The position numbers and the translations under genes were made by a program. A stretch of DNA of 64,000 nt, taken from positions 11,175 to 75,174 of the forward strand of contig JAGWTC010000005.1 in assembly GCA_028869135.1 (NCBI GenBank). Reading direction: 5' to 3'. Each line of letters starts with the position of its first letter. Position 1 is the first letter of the stretch. The notes under the pieces are model-generated. The model did no database searches, was not told the origin of the DNA, and was given only the letters and a program-made list of their open reading frames with translations. Positions 16,836 through 25,276 of this stretch are shown in pieces. The DNA is from Rhodocyclaceae bacterium (GTDB lineage Bacteria; Pseudomonadota; Gammaproteobacteria; Burkholderiales; Rhodocyclaceae).

Positions 16836-19601
16836 TCAGTGGGCCTGATCCCAATTGGCGCCAATGCCGACCTCGACCAGCAGCGGCACCTTGAGCTTGG
16901 CGACGTTTTGCATCAGCGGGGGCAGATGTTCGCGCACCAGCGCGAGCTCATCTTCCGGCACTTCCAGCACCAGTTCGTCATGCACCTGCAGGATGAGCTT
17001 GGTCCTGAGTTTTTGCTCGTCCAGCCAGCCTTGCACCGCCAGCATGGCGAGCTTGATCAGGTCGGCGGCGGTGCCCTGCATGGGCGCGTTGATGGCGGCG
17101 CGTTCGGCGCCCTGGCGGCGGCCGGCGTTGCTCGACTTGATCTCGGGCAGCCACAGGCGCCGGCCGAACACGGTTTCGACATAGCCCTTGTCGCGCGCCA
17201 GTTGCCGCGTTTCCTCCATGTACTGGGCAACGCCCGGATAGCGCGTGAAGTAGCGGTCCATATAGGCTTGCGCGGCGCTGCGCTCGAGGCCGAGTTCGCG
17301 GGCGAGGCCGAAGGCGCTCATGCCGTAGATCAGGCCGAAGTTGATGACCTTGGCGGCGCGACGTTGTTCGCTGGCGACTTCGAGCGGCGTGATGCCGAAA
17401 ATCTCGCCGGCGGTGGCGCGGTGGATGTCCTCGCCGTTGGCGAAAGCCTGCAGAAGACGTTCGTCGTCCGAGAGGTGCGCCATGATGCGCAGCTCGATCT
17501 GCGAATAGTCGGCCGAGACGATCTTGCTGCCGGGCGCGGCGATGAAGGCGGAGCGGATGCGGCGGCCCTCGCCGGTGCGCACCGGAATGTTCTGCAGATT
17601 GGGATCGTTCGACGCGAGGCGCCCGGTAACGGCGGTGGCCTGCGAGAAGTTGGTGTGCACACGCCCGGTGGCCGCGTTCACCATCTTGGGCAGCTTGTCG
17701 GTGTAAGTGCCTTTCAACTTGGCGAGGCTGCGGTGTTCGAGCAGCATTTTCGGCAGCGGATAGTCCTGCGCCAGTTGCTGCAACACCTCTTCATCCGTCG
17801 AGGGCGTACCCGACGGGGTTTTCTTCACCACCGGCAGGCCCTGCTGGTTGAACAGGATCTCGGCGAGCTGCTTGGGCGAATTCAGATTGAAGGGTTGGCC
17901 GGCCTGGGTGTGGGCTTCGCCTTCAATCTCCAGCAGGCGGCGGCCGATCTCGTCGCTTTGTCGCGCCAGCGCGGTGCTGTCGATGAGGACGCCGTTTCTC
18001 TCCATGCGAAACAGCACCTCGGCCGTCGGCAGTTCGATTTCGCGATAGAGCTTGCCCAGCCTTTCGGCGGCGGCCAGTTGCGGCGACAAAACCCGATGCA
18101 CGCGCAGGGTGATGTCCGAATCCTCGGCGCCGTAGAGCGCGGCCTGCTCGACGGCCACCTGCGCGAAGGAAATGCGATTGACGCCCTTGCCGGTCAGCTC
18201 GTCGTAGGGAATGGTCTTCAGGCCGCAGTGACGCGCGGCCAGACTGCCGAGCTCGTGCGGTTTGTCCGATTCGAGCACATAGGATTGCAGCAAGGTGTCC
18301 TCGACGATGCCGCGCAAGGCGATACCGTGATTGGCGAAGACGTGGCGGTCGTACTTGAGGTGCTGGCCGAGCTTGGCGTGATCTTCGGACTCCAGCCAGG
18401 GCTTCAGTCGCTTGAGAACTTCTTCCAGAGGCAACTGGTCCGGCGCGCCAGCGTAGCTGTGGCCGAGGGGAATATAGGCGGCCTGGCCGGCTTCGCAGGC
18501 GAAGGAGATGCCGACGAGCCGGGCCTGCATCTGGTCGAGGTCGGTGGTCTCTGTATCGAGGGCGGTGAGGGTGGCAGCGTTGATGACAGCCAGCCATTTG
18601 TCGAATTGGGGCCAGCTCGTGATGCAGACATAGGCGCTGCGATCGGGCTCCTGTTCCGGCGCAGCGGGGCTGGGCGCGAACAGCGGTGCGGCTTCCGGCC
18701 TAGCTTTGCCAGTCCTGCCGCCGTTTGCGACATCGGCCTTGGGCATGCCGTAGATGCCCTGCTGCGCTTCCCTGGTCCAGGTCTTGAATTCGAGGTGGGT
18801 GAACAGCTCGACCAGCTTTTCCTGATCGACCGGATTGGGCGTGAGATCGGTGACCTGCTGGTCCAGCTTCAGGTCGCAGACGATGGTGACGAGCTTTCTG
18901 CCCAGCGGCAGGAAGTCGAGCGCCTTCTTGAGGTTGGCGCCGACGGCGCCGCCTATGCTGTCGGCATTGGCGATGACGCCGTCCAGCGTGCCGTGCTGCG
19001 TGAGCCACTTGACCGCCGTCTTGGGGCCGACCTTCTCGACGCCCGGCACGCCGTCGACGGCGTCGCCGACCAGGGTCAGGTAATCGACGATGAGATTCGG
19101 CGGCACGCCGAACTTGGCTTCGACGCCCGGAATGTCGAGCACTTCGTTGCTCATGGTGTTCACCAGCGTGACCTTGTCGCACACCAGTTGCGCCATGTCC
19201 TTGTCGCCGGTCGAGATGACGCAGTTCATGCCTTGCGCGGCGGCCTGGCGGGCGAGGGTGCCGATCACATCGTCGGCCTCGACGCCATCGACCATGAGCA
19301 GCGGCCAGCCGGCGGCGCGGATGGCGGCATGCAGCGGCTCGATCTGGCTGGCCAGATCGTCCGGCATGGGCGGACGATGCGCCTTGTACTCCGGATACCA
19401 GTCGTCGCGGAAGGTCTTGCCCTTTGCGTCAAAGACGACAGCCCGGTATTCTGCCGACTGTTCGGCCAGCAGGCGACGCAGCATATTGAGCACGCCGTAG
19501 ATGGCGCCCGTCGGCTCGCCGGCGGCATTGCGCAGGTCGGGCAGGGCATGAAAAGCACGGTACAGGTAGGACGAACCGTCGACCAGAAGAAGAGAGGACA
19601 T
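16836..19601 (-). CDS. polA: DNA polymerase I
   Basis: 921 aa. Contains the 5' nuclease, 3'-5' exonuclease and polymerase motifs ([15 protein letters not shown]). Confidence 0.97.
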   Translation of the reverse strand: MSSLLLVDGSSYLYRAFHALPDLRNAAGEPTGAIYGVLNMLRRLLAEQSAEYRAVVFDAKGKTFRDDWYPEYKAHRPPMPDDLASQIEPLHAAIRAAGWPLLMVDGVEADDVIGTLARQAAAQGMNCVISTGDKDMAQLVCDKVTLVNTMSNEVLDIPGVEAKFGVPPNLIVDYLTLVGDAVDGVPGVEKVGPKTAVKWLTQHGTLDGVIANADSIGGAVGANLKKALDFLPLGRKLVTIVCDLKLDQQVTDLTPNPVDQEKLVELFTHLEFKTWTREAQQGIYGMPKADVANGGRTGKARPEAAPLFAPSPAAPEQEPDRSAYVCITSWPQFDKWLAVINAATLTALDTETTDLDQMQARLVGISFACEAGQAAYIPLGHSYAGAPDQLPLEEVLKRLKPWLESEDHAKLGQHLKYDRHVFANHGIALRGIVEDTLLQSYVLESDKPHELGSLAARHCGLKTIPYDELTGKGVNRISFAQVAVEQAALYGAEDSDITLRVHRVLSPQLAAAERLGKLYREIELPTAEVLFRMERNGVLIDSTALARQSDEIGRRLLEIEGEAHTQAGQPFNLNSPKQLAEILFNQQGLPVVKKTPSGTPSTDEEVLQQLAQDYPLPKMLLEHRSLAKLKGTYTDKLPKMVNAATGRVHTNFSQATAVTGRLASNDPNLQNIPVRTGEGRRIRSAFIAAPGSKIVSADYSQIELRIMAHLSDDERLLQAFANGEDIHRATAGEIFGITPLEVASEQRRAAKVINFGLIYGMSAFGLARELGLERSAAQAYMDRYFTRYPGVAQYMEETRQLARDKGYVETVFGRRLWLPEIKSSNAGRRQGAERAAINAPMQGTAADLIKLAMLAVQGWLDEQKLRTKLILQVHDELVLEVPEDELALVREHLPPLMQNVAKLKVPLLVEVGIGANWDQAH

Positions 19602-19606
19602 GAGGG

Positions 19607-20332
19607 ATGTTGATAAACAAGCTGCCGAAAATTGAAGACCCGCAACTCAAGGCCAAGGCCGCCAGCGGCCAGGACGCCTGGCGGGTGCTCGGCATTATGT
19701 CAGAGTTCATTGAGGCGACTGCGCGCCTGCGCGACATCCGCCCGGCCGTGACCATCTTCGGTAGCGCCCGCACGCCGATCGATCATCCGGTCTACGAGCA
19801 GACCGAAAAAATTGCGCGGCTGCTTTCCGATTCCGGATTCTCGGTCATTTCCGGCGGCGGTCCCGGCGTCATGGAGGCCGCCAACAAGGGCGCCTTCTAC
19901 GGCAAGAGCCCGGCCGTGGGGCTGAATATCGAGCTGCCCATGGAGCAGCACAACAACCCCTATCAGGACATCTCGCAGACCTTCCGCCATTTTTTTCCGC
20001 GCAAATACATGTTTGTGCGTCTGGCCTCCGCCTATGTGGTCATGCCGGGCGGCTTTGGCACGCTGGATGAGTTGATGGAAGCGCTCACTCTTGTTCAAAC
20101 CAACAAGTCTCCGCGCATGCCTATCATCCTGGTCGGCAGCCTTTTCTGGAAGGGACTGGTCGACTGGTTCCGCGAGCGCTTGGTCGAAGACCGCCTGATC
20201 AGCCCGGAGGACATGGACCTGCTGCAGGTCATTGACGACCCGGACGAAGTGGTTGCGGCGATTTTCCGGCACTACGAAAGCTCGGGCTTCACCCATCTGC
20301 CGCCGGAGCATGACCTCCTTTTGAACCTCTGA
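19607..20332 (+). CDS. LOG-family (TIGR00730) nucleotide phosphoribohydrolase-like protein
   Basis: 241 aa. VTIFGSAR, GGGPGVMEA and PGGFGTLDEL motifs. An alternative start at 19697 is possible. Confidence 0.85.
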   Translation: MLINKLPKIEDPQLKAKAASGQDAWRVLGIMSEFIEATARLRDIRPAVTIFGSARTPIDHPVYEQTEKIARLLSDSGFSVISGGGPGVMEAANKGAFYGKSPAVGLNIELPMEQHNNPYQDISQTFRHFFPRKYMFVRLASAYVVMPGGFGTLDELMEALTLVQTNKSPRMPIILVGSLFWKGLVDWFRERLVEDRLISPEDMDLLQVIDDPDEVVAAIFRHYESSGFTHLPPEHDLLLNL

Positions 20333-20377
20333 TTTGGTAGAATTGCCTTCCTGACACAAGGACTTCGGGACTTCGAT

Positions 20378-20710
20378 ATGCGTCGCGTATTGCCTGCGCT
20401 GTTGCTGGCACTGGTTTTCCCCGTTTGCGCCGAGAGCGGTCCGCCGCCCGGCTCGAAACCGCTGCCCGACGTGCCGCCGCCCCCGCCCGGCGTCGACGCG
20501 CCGGACGAACCTCAAATCACCATCACCAAACGTGGTGAGGACAAGGTCGAGGAGTACCGGATCAACGGCAAGTTGTACATGCTGAAGGTCACGCCGCCGC
20601 ACGGTGTGCCCTACTACCTTGTGGATGACAACGGGGACGGTACCTGGGCGCGCCAACAGCCGACTGATTCGGGTGTGCGCGTACCGCGATGGGTACTCTT
20701 TAGCTGGTAA
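20378..20710 (+). CDS. DUF2782-like small secreted protein
   Basis: 110 aa with a signal peptide. EEYRINGKLYMLKVTP motif. The polA-adjacent position is typical for this family (from memory). Confidence 0.75.
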   Translation: MRRVLPALLLALVFPVCAESGPPPGSKPLPDVPPPPPGVDAPDEPQITITKRGEDKVEEYRINGKLYMLKVTPPHGVPYYLVDDNGDGTWARQQPTDSGVRVPRWVLFSW

Positions 20711-20770
20711 TCCCCACGTTTTAATTTTCTTCGCAGAGTGGCGGGCGCAGGCCCCAACCACCGGACTATC

Positions 20771-22033
20771 ATGACCGCTTCAAACTTGCTGACGCCGCCG
20801 AACAAGATTCACTCCTTCCATCCGCCGCTGCGCACCCTGATGGGCCCGGGGCCTTCGGAAATGCATCCGCGCGTGATCGCCGCCATGGGACAGCCCGTCA
20901 TGGGCTATCTGGACCCGATCTTCGTGCGCATGATGGATGAGCTCAAGTCCCTGTTGCGCTATGCGTACCAGACCAAGAACCCGCTGACCTTCCCGGTCTC
21001 CGGCCCCGGTTCGGTGGGTATGGAAACCTGTTTCGTGAATCTGGTCGAGCATGGCGACAAGGTCATCGTCTGCCGCAACGGCGTGTTCGGCGGTCGCATG
21101 ATCGAGAACGTCGAGCGCTGCGGCGGCATCCCCATCGTCATCGACGACGAGTGGGGCGAACCGGTCAGCCCGCAGAAGGTTGAAGACACTTTCAAGAAGA
21201 ACCCCGATGCCAAGGTGCTGGCCTTCGTGCATGCCGAGACTTCCACCGGCGCGCAGTCGGATGCCAAGACCCTGGTCGAGATCGCCCACCGCTACGGCGC
21301 GCTGACCATCGTCGACGCCGTCACCTCGCTGGGCGGCTCGCCCGTGCTGGTCGACGAGTGGCAGATCGACGCCATCTACTCCGCCAGCCAGAAGTGCCTG
21401 TCGTGCACGCCGGGCCTGTCGCCGGTGTCCTTCTCCGATCGCGCCATCGAGCGCGTCAAGGCACGCACGACCAAGGTCGAAAGCTGGTTCATGGACCTGA
21501 ACCTGGTGCTTGAATACTGGGGCAATACCAAGCGCACCTATCACCATACCGCCCCGGGCAACAGCCTCTATGGCCTGCACGAATCGCTGCTGCTGCTGCG
21601 CGAAGAAGGCCTGGAGAACTCCTGGGCGCGCCATCGTCGCCATTCGCGCGCGCTGTCGGCGGGTCTTGAGTCCATGGGCCTCAAGTTCGTCGTCAAGGAA
21701 GAAGCCCGCCTGCCGCAGATGATCGCCGTGTATGTGCCGGAAGGCATCGTCGAAGCCGACGTGCGCAAGCGCCTGCTCGACGAGTTCAACCTCGAAATCG
21801 GCGCCGGCCTGGGCCCCTTGGCCGGCAAGATCTGGCGCTTCGGCCTGATGGGCTATTCCTGCAAGCCGGAAAACGTCATGTTGTCATTGTCTGCGCTGGG
21901 TTCGGTGATGTCCGACATGGGCTATCCGGTCGAAGTCGGTCAAGCCGAGGCGGCTGCGCACCAGGCCTATTCAGCGATGCATGCCGAAGATGCCAAGGCC
22001 AAGGCCGCACGAGTAGCTCGCAAGATCGCCTGA
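20771..22033 (+). CDS. Class V aminotransferase (serine-pyruvate/alanine-glyoxylate type)
   Basis: [14 protein letters not shown]-terminus. SASQKCL with the PLP lysine. Start trimmed to the ATG at 20771. Confidence 0.85.
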   Translation: MTASNLLTPPNKIHSFHPPLRTLMGPGPSEMHPRVIAAMGQPVMGYLDPIFVRMMDELKSLLRYAYQTKNPLTFPVSGPGSVGMETCFVNLVEHGDKVIVCRNGVFGGRMIENVERCGGIPIVIDDEWGEPVSPQKVEDTFKKNPDAKVLAFVHAETSTGAQSDAKTLVEIAHRYGALTIVDAVTSLGGSPVLVDEWQIDAIYSASQKCLSCTPGLSPVSFSDRAIERVKARTTKVESWFMDLNLVLEYWGNTKRTYHHTAPGNSLYGLHESLLLLREEGLENSWARHRRHSRALSAGLESMGLKFVVKEEARLPQMIAVYVPEGIVEADVRKRLLDEFNLEIGAGLGPLAGKIWRFGLMGYSCKPENVMLSLSALGSVMSDMGYPVEVGQAEAAAHQAYSAMHAEDAKAKAARVARKIA

Positions 22034-22043
22034 GTCGGGCGGC

Positions 22044-23042
22044 ATGGCTGCAACCACTCGTAATTGCTGCGTGCTGTTTGCCGATGTGGCAGGCAGCACG
22101 CAGTTGTACGAGAAGCTCGGCGATGCCGAAGCGCTGCGCGCCGTCGAGCGCTGCCTGAACCGGGTCGAGCGCGCCATCGTCGCCTGCGGCGGCAAGGTCA
22201 TCAAGACCATAGGCGACGAGCTCATGGCCACCTTTGCGTCGGCCGAGCTGGCCTGCCATGCGGCGTGTGTTATGCATGCGCGCATTGAAGGCCTGCCTTC
22301 CGTGGCCGGCGGCAAGCTGGCTATCCGCGTCGGCTTTCATTACGGCTCCGTGCTCGTCGATGGCGTCGACGTGTTCGGCAACACGGTCAATGTGGCGTCG
22401 CGCATTACCGAGGTCGCCAAGGCGCGCGAGATCATCACCAGTGCCGAGACGGCCAGGCTGCTGCCGGAGGCCATTCGCGAAAAGAGTCTCAAGCCGCTGC
22501 CTGCGATCGCCGTCAAGGGGGTCAGCGCGCCGCTCGATCTGGTGGAGATTTCCTGGACAGCCGGTCCGGCGGCCCGTGTGGCCCAGGCCACGTCGCCGTC
22601 GCAGGTTTCGAAAAGCGTTGCCGCGCCGGTGATTGCCGAAGCGGCGCCACCCGCAGCGCCGCCCAAAACCAAGCTCACGCCGCGCGTGATCCTGCGCTAC
22701 GGCAATCAGGAAATTCTCATGCGCGGCCATGCCGCCTGCGTGACGCTGGGACGGGATACCGGCAACGACATCGTCATCCAGGACCCGCGCGCATCGCGCA
22801 ACCACGGCATGATAGAACTGCGCGACGGCAAGTGCATCCTGACCGACAAGAGCTCCAACGGCACCTTCGTCTCCCCGCACGGCGGAAGCCATGTCGCCGT
22901 CAGCAAGGACACCCTGGTGCTCGACGGCAAGGGCTATATCTGCTTCGGCCATATCTGCCCGCCGGACAGCGTGGGCAGTCTGGCCTATGACGTCCAGGTG
23001 GGTGAAGAGCCGGGTACGAAAAAGGCAAAAACCAAGAGTTGA
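22044..23042 (+). CDS. Class III adenylate/guanylate cyclase fused to a C-terminal FHA domain
   Basis: Metal Asp residues in LFADVAGST and KTIGDELMA. FGNTVNVASR (Asn/Arg). C-terminal FHA-like TLGRDTGNDIVIQDPRASRNHGMIE...SSNGTFV. Confidence 0.8.
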   Translation: MAATTRNCCVLFADVAGSTQLYEKLGDAEALRAVERCLNRVERAIVACGGKVIKTIGDELMATFASAELACHAACVMHARIEGLPSVAGGKLAIRVGFHYGSVLVDGVDVFGNTVNVASRITEVAKAREIITSAETARLLPEAIREKSLKPLPAIAVKGVSAPLDLVEISWTAGPAARVAQATSPSQVSKSVAAPVIAEAAPPAAPPKTKLTPRVILRYGNQEILMRGHAACVTLGRDTGNDIVIQDPRASRNHGMIELRDGKCILTDKSSNGTFVSPHGGSHVAVSKDTLVLDGKGYICFGHICPPDSVGSLAYDVQVGEEPGTKKAKTKS

Positions 23043-23060
23043 GAGAAGTAAAAACAAAAA

Positions 23061-23090
23061 GGCCATCCCGCGGGATGGCCTTTTTGTTTG
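23061..23090 (+). terminator. Rho-independent terminator
   Basis: GGCCATCCCG/CGGGATGGCC perfect hairpin followed by TTTTTGTTTG. Confidence 0.75.
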
Positions 23091-23094
23091 ATTC

Positions 23095-23171
23095 TGGTGG
23101 TGATGGGGGGACTTGAACCCTCGACCTACGGATTATGAATCCGTCGCTCTAACCAGCTGAGCTACATCACC
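23095..23171 (-). tRNA. tRNA with CAT anticodon (elongator Met, or Ile2 if lysidine-modified)
   Basis: The 77-nt reverse complement GGTGATGTAGCTCAGCTGGTTAGAGCGACGGATTCATAATCCGTAGGTCGAGGGTTCAAGTCCCCCCATCACCACCA folds as a cloverleaf: 7-bp acceptor stem, CAT in a 7-nt loop, GTTCAAG T-loop and encoded CCA. The G1-C72 pair argues against an initiator tRNA. Confidence 0.9.
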
Positions 23172-23266
23172 TTTTGCGCCCGGGCGTACCGGGTACCAAA
23201 GAAGCGGGATTATCGCGGTTTTCGGCGCGCCTTGTCAAGCCGCTCGGAGTTCGGGAGAATGCGAGA

Positions 23267-24433
23267 ATGAAGCTTGATATTGTCATTGTCGGTGGCGGCC
23301 TGGCCGGTCTGGCCCTGGCGGCGGCCCTGCGTGGCAGTCGCTACAGCATTGCGCTGGTCGAGGGGCGGGCGCCGAGCGCGCCGCAAGGGCTGGATGCGCG
23401 CATCTATGCGATCAGCCCCGCCAACGCCGCATTTCTGGCCGATATCGGCATCTGGCGCCATCTTGATGCGACGCGCATGCAGCCGGTCGAGCGGATGGCG
23501 GTGGCCGGCGATACGACCGGGCGTATCGAATTTTCGGCTTATGACACAGGCGTCAGCGAGCTGGCCTGGATCGCCGAGTCGTCGCTGCTGCAGCAGGAGC
23601 TGTGGGAAACGGTCAAGCGCCAGCAGAACGTCCAGCTCCTGTGCCCGGCCACGCCGCAAGGCGTGCAGATCGATGCGCACGCTGCCACGCTGCAATTGAC
23701 CGATGGGCGTACCCTGGTCGCGGATCTGATCGTCGCCGCCGACGGTGCGGATTCCTGGACGCGCCATGCCCTGGGTGTGGAGGTCGGTTTTCGCCACTAC
23801 GAGCAATTGGGCGTTGTGGCCAATTTCAGTTGCAGCCGGCCGCATCGCGGCACGGCCTTCCAGTGGTTCCTCAACGGCCCCGACGCGGACGGCATCCTCG
23901 CTTGGCTGCCCCTGCCGGGAAATCGGATTTCGATGGTGTGGTCCGCGCCCAAGGCGCATGGCGAGGCGCTGTGCAGGATGAGCCCGGAGGAGCTGTGCGC
24001 CAAGGTTGCCGCGGCCGGCCACCATGTGTTGGGCGAGCTCGACCTGATCACGCCGCCGGCCGGCTTTCCCTTGCGCCTGATGCGCGCGCCGCGTACGGTC
24101 GGTCCGCGATTTGCTCTGATCGGTGATGCCGCGCACGCGATTCACCCCCTGTCTGGTCATGGCATCAATCTGGGCTTTCAGGATGCGCGGGTGCTGGCCG
24201 ATACGCTGGGCGCCCTGGGTGAATTGGATCGCTGCGGCGACTTGCGTTCCCTGCGCCCCTACGAGCGCCGTCGCAAGGAGGAGGTTGTTGCCCTGCAGAC
24301 CATGACCGACGGCCTGTATCGACTGTTTGTCCCCAAAAACGAGCCGCTGGTCTGGTTGCGCAATACGGGGATGAACCTTACCTGTAGATTGCCCGTCTTA
24401 CGCGATGCCCTGGTGCGTTATGCCCTGGGCTGA
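23267..24433 (+). CDS. UbiH/UbiF/VisC/COQ6-family FAD-dependent hydroxylase
   Basis: DIVIVGGGLAGLALA Rossmann motif. GDAAH..HPL.G.G.N motif. Start trimmed to the ATG at 23267. Confidence 0.85.
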   Translation: MKLDIVIVGGGLAGLALAAALRGSRYSIALVEGRAPSAPQGLDARIYAISPANAAFLADIGIWRHLDATRMQPVERMAVAGDTTGRIEFSAYDTGVSELAWIAESSLLQQELWETVKRQQNVQLLCPATPQGVQIDAHAATLQLTDGRTLVADLIVAADGADSWTRHALGVEVGFRHYEQLGVVANFSCSRPHRGTAFQWFLNGPDADGILAWLPLPGNRISMVWSAPKAHGEALCRMSPEELCAKVAAAGHHVLGELDLITPPAGFPLRLMRAPRTVGPRFALIGDAAHAIHPLSGHGINLGFQDARVLADTLGALGELDRCGDLRSLRPYERRRKEEVVALQTMTDGLYRLFVPKNEPLVWLRNTGMNLTCRLPVLRDALVRYALG

Positions 24434-24454
24434 TTCCACCTTGTCGGAGTTCCT

Positions 24455-25174
24455 ATGAAGAAGTTTCTGCTTGCCCTGTCCCTGTTCGCTTCAGGCCTTG
24501 TTACCGCACATTCGGCTCTGGCCGGCGAGGCGGAAGCCAGAAAGGCCGTCGAGAATTTCCTGGGCGAACGCGCCAAGGTCGAAGCCGTGCGCAAGTCCGG
24601 CGTGCTCGGTCTGTACGAAGTTCAGATCGGGGGCGACATCGTTTATGCGGACGAGAACGGACGTTACGCGTTCTTCGGCGATATCGTGGACTTGAAGAAT
24701 CGTTCGAATCTGACCGAGGAGCGCAAGCTCAAGCTGAGCCAGGTCAAGTTCTCCGATCTGCCGCTGAACATGGCGATCAAGCAGGTGCGTGGCAACGGCA
24801 AGCGCGTATTTGCCTCCTTCGAGGACCCGAATTGCGGCTATTGCAAGAAGTTTGCGCGCGAGACGCAGGGCCTGACCGACATCACCCTCTACATCTTCCC
24901 GTATCCCATCCTGGCGCAGGACTCCTTCGAAAAGTCGCGCAACATCCTGTGCGCGGCCGATCCGGCCAAGGCATGGAACGACTGGATGGTGAACGGTGTC
25001 GCCGCGCCAACGGCGCCGGCGAAGTGCGAGGTATCGATGGACAAGTATGTTGCGCTGGGTCATAAATTCAATGTGCGTGGTACGCCGAACTTCATCCTCA
25101 GCGACGGAAACCGCATCCCCGGCGCAATTCCGCAGGCGCAGCTCGAAGCGCGCCTGGATGCGTTGGCCAAGTAG
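24455..25174 (+). CDS. dsbC: Thiol:disulfide interchange protein DsbC/DsbG type
   Basis: 239 aa with a signal peptide. CGYC active site. GTP cis-Pro loop. Confidence 0.85.
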   Translation: MKKFLLALSLFASGLVTAHSALAGEAEARKAVENFLGERAKVEAVRKSGVLGLYEVQIGGDIVYADENGRYAFFGDIVDLKNRSNLTEERKLKLSQVKFSDLPLNMAIKQVRGNGKRVFASFEDPNCGYCKKFARETQGLTDITLYIFPYPILAQDSFEKSRNILCAADPAKAWNDWMVNGVAAPTAPAKCEVSMDKYVALGHKFNVRGTPNFILSDGNRIPGAIPQAQLEARLDALAK

Positions 25175-25193
25175 TTTCCGACGCTGTGCAACG

Positions 25194-25225
25194 AAAAGCC
25201 GCCTTCGCGCGGCTTTTTTGTTTTT
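25194..25225 (+). terminator. Rho-independent terminator
   Basis: AAAGCCGC-cttc-GCGGCTTT followed by TTTGTTTTT. Confidence 0.7.
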
Positions 25226-25276
25226 GCAGAGGCGGGCGATTAGAATTCAATTGTCATTGCCGCTGCGGAGCCCACC

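Noticed and set aside
16731-19613. 960-aa ORF on the plus strand
   Set aside because: It is the exact antisense shadow of polA, which has unmistakable polymerase motifs. Its composition is low-complexity Arg/Gly/Ala.
23095-23171. tRNA-Met as a possible genomic-island integration site
   Set aside because: No integrase, no direct repeat of the tRNA 3' end, and only housekeeping genes on both sides.
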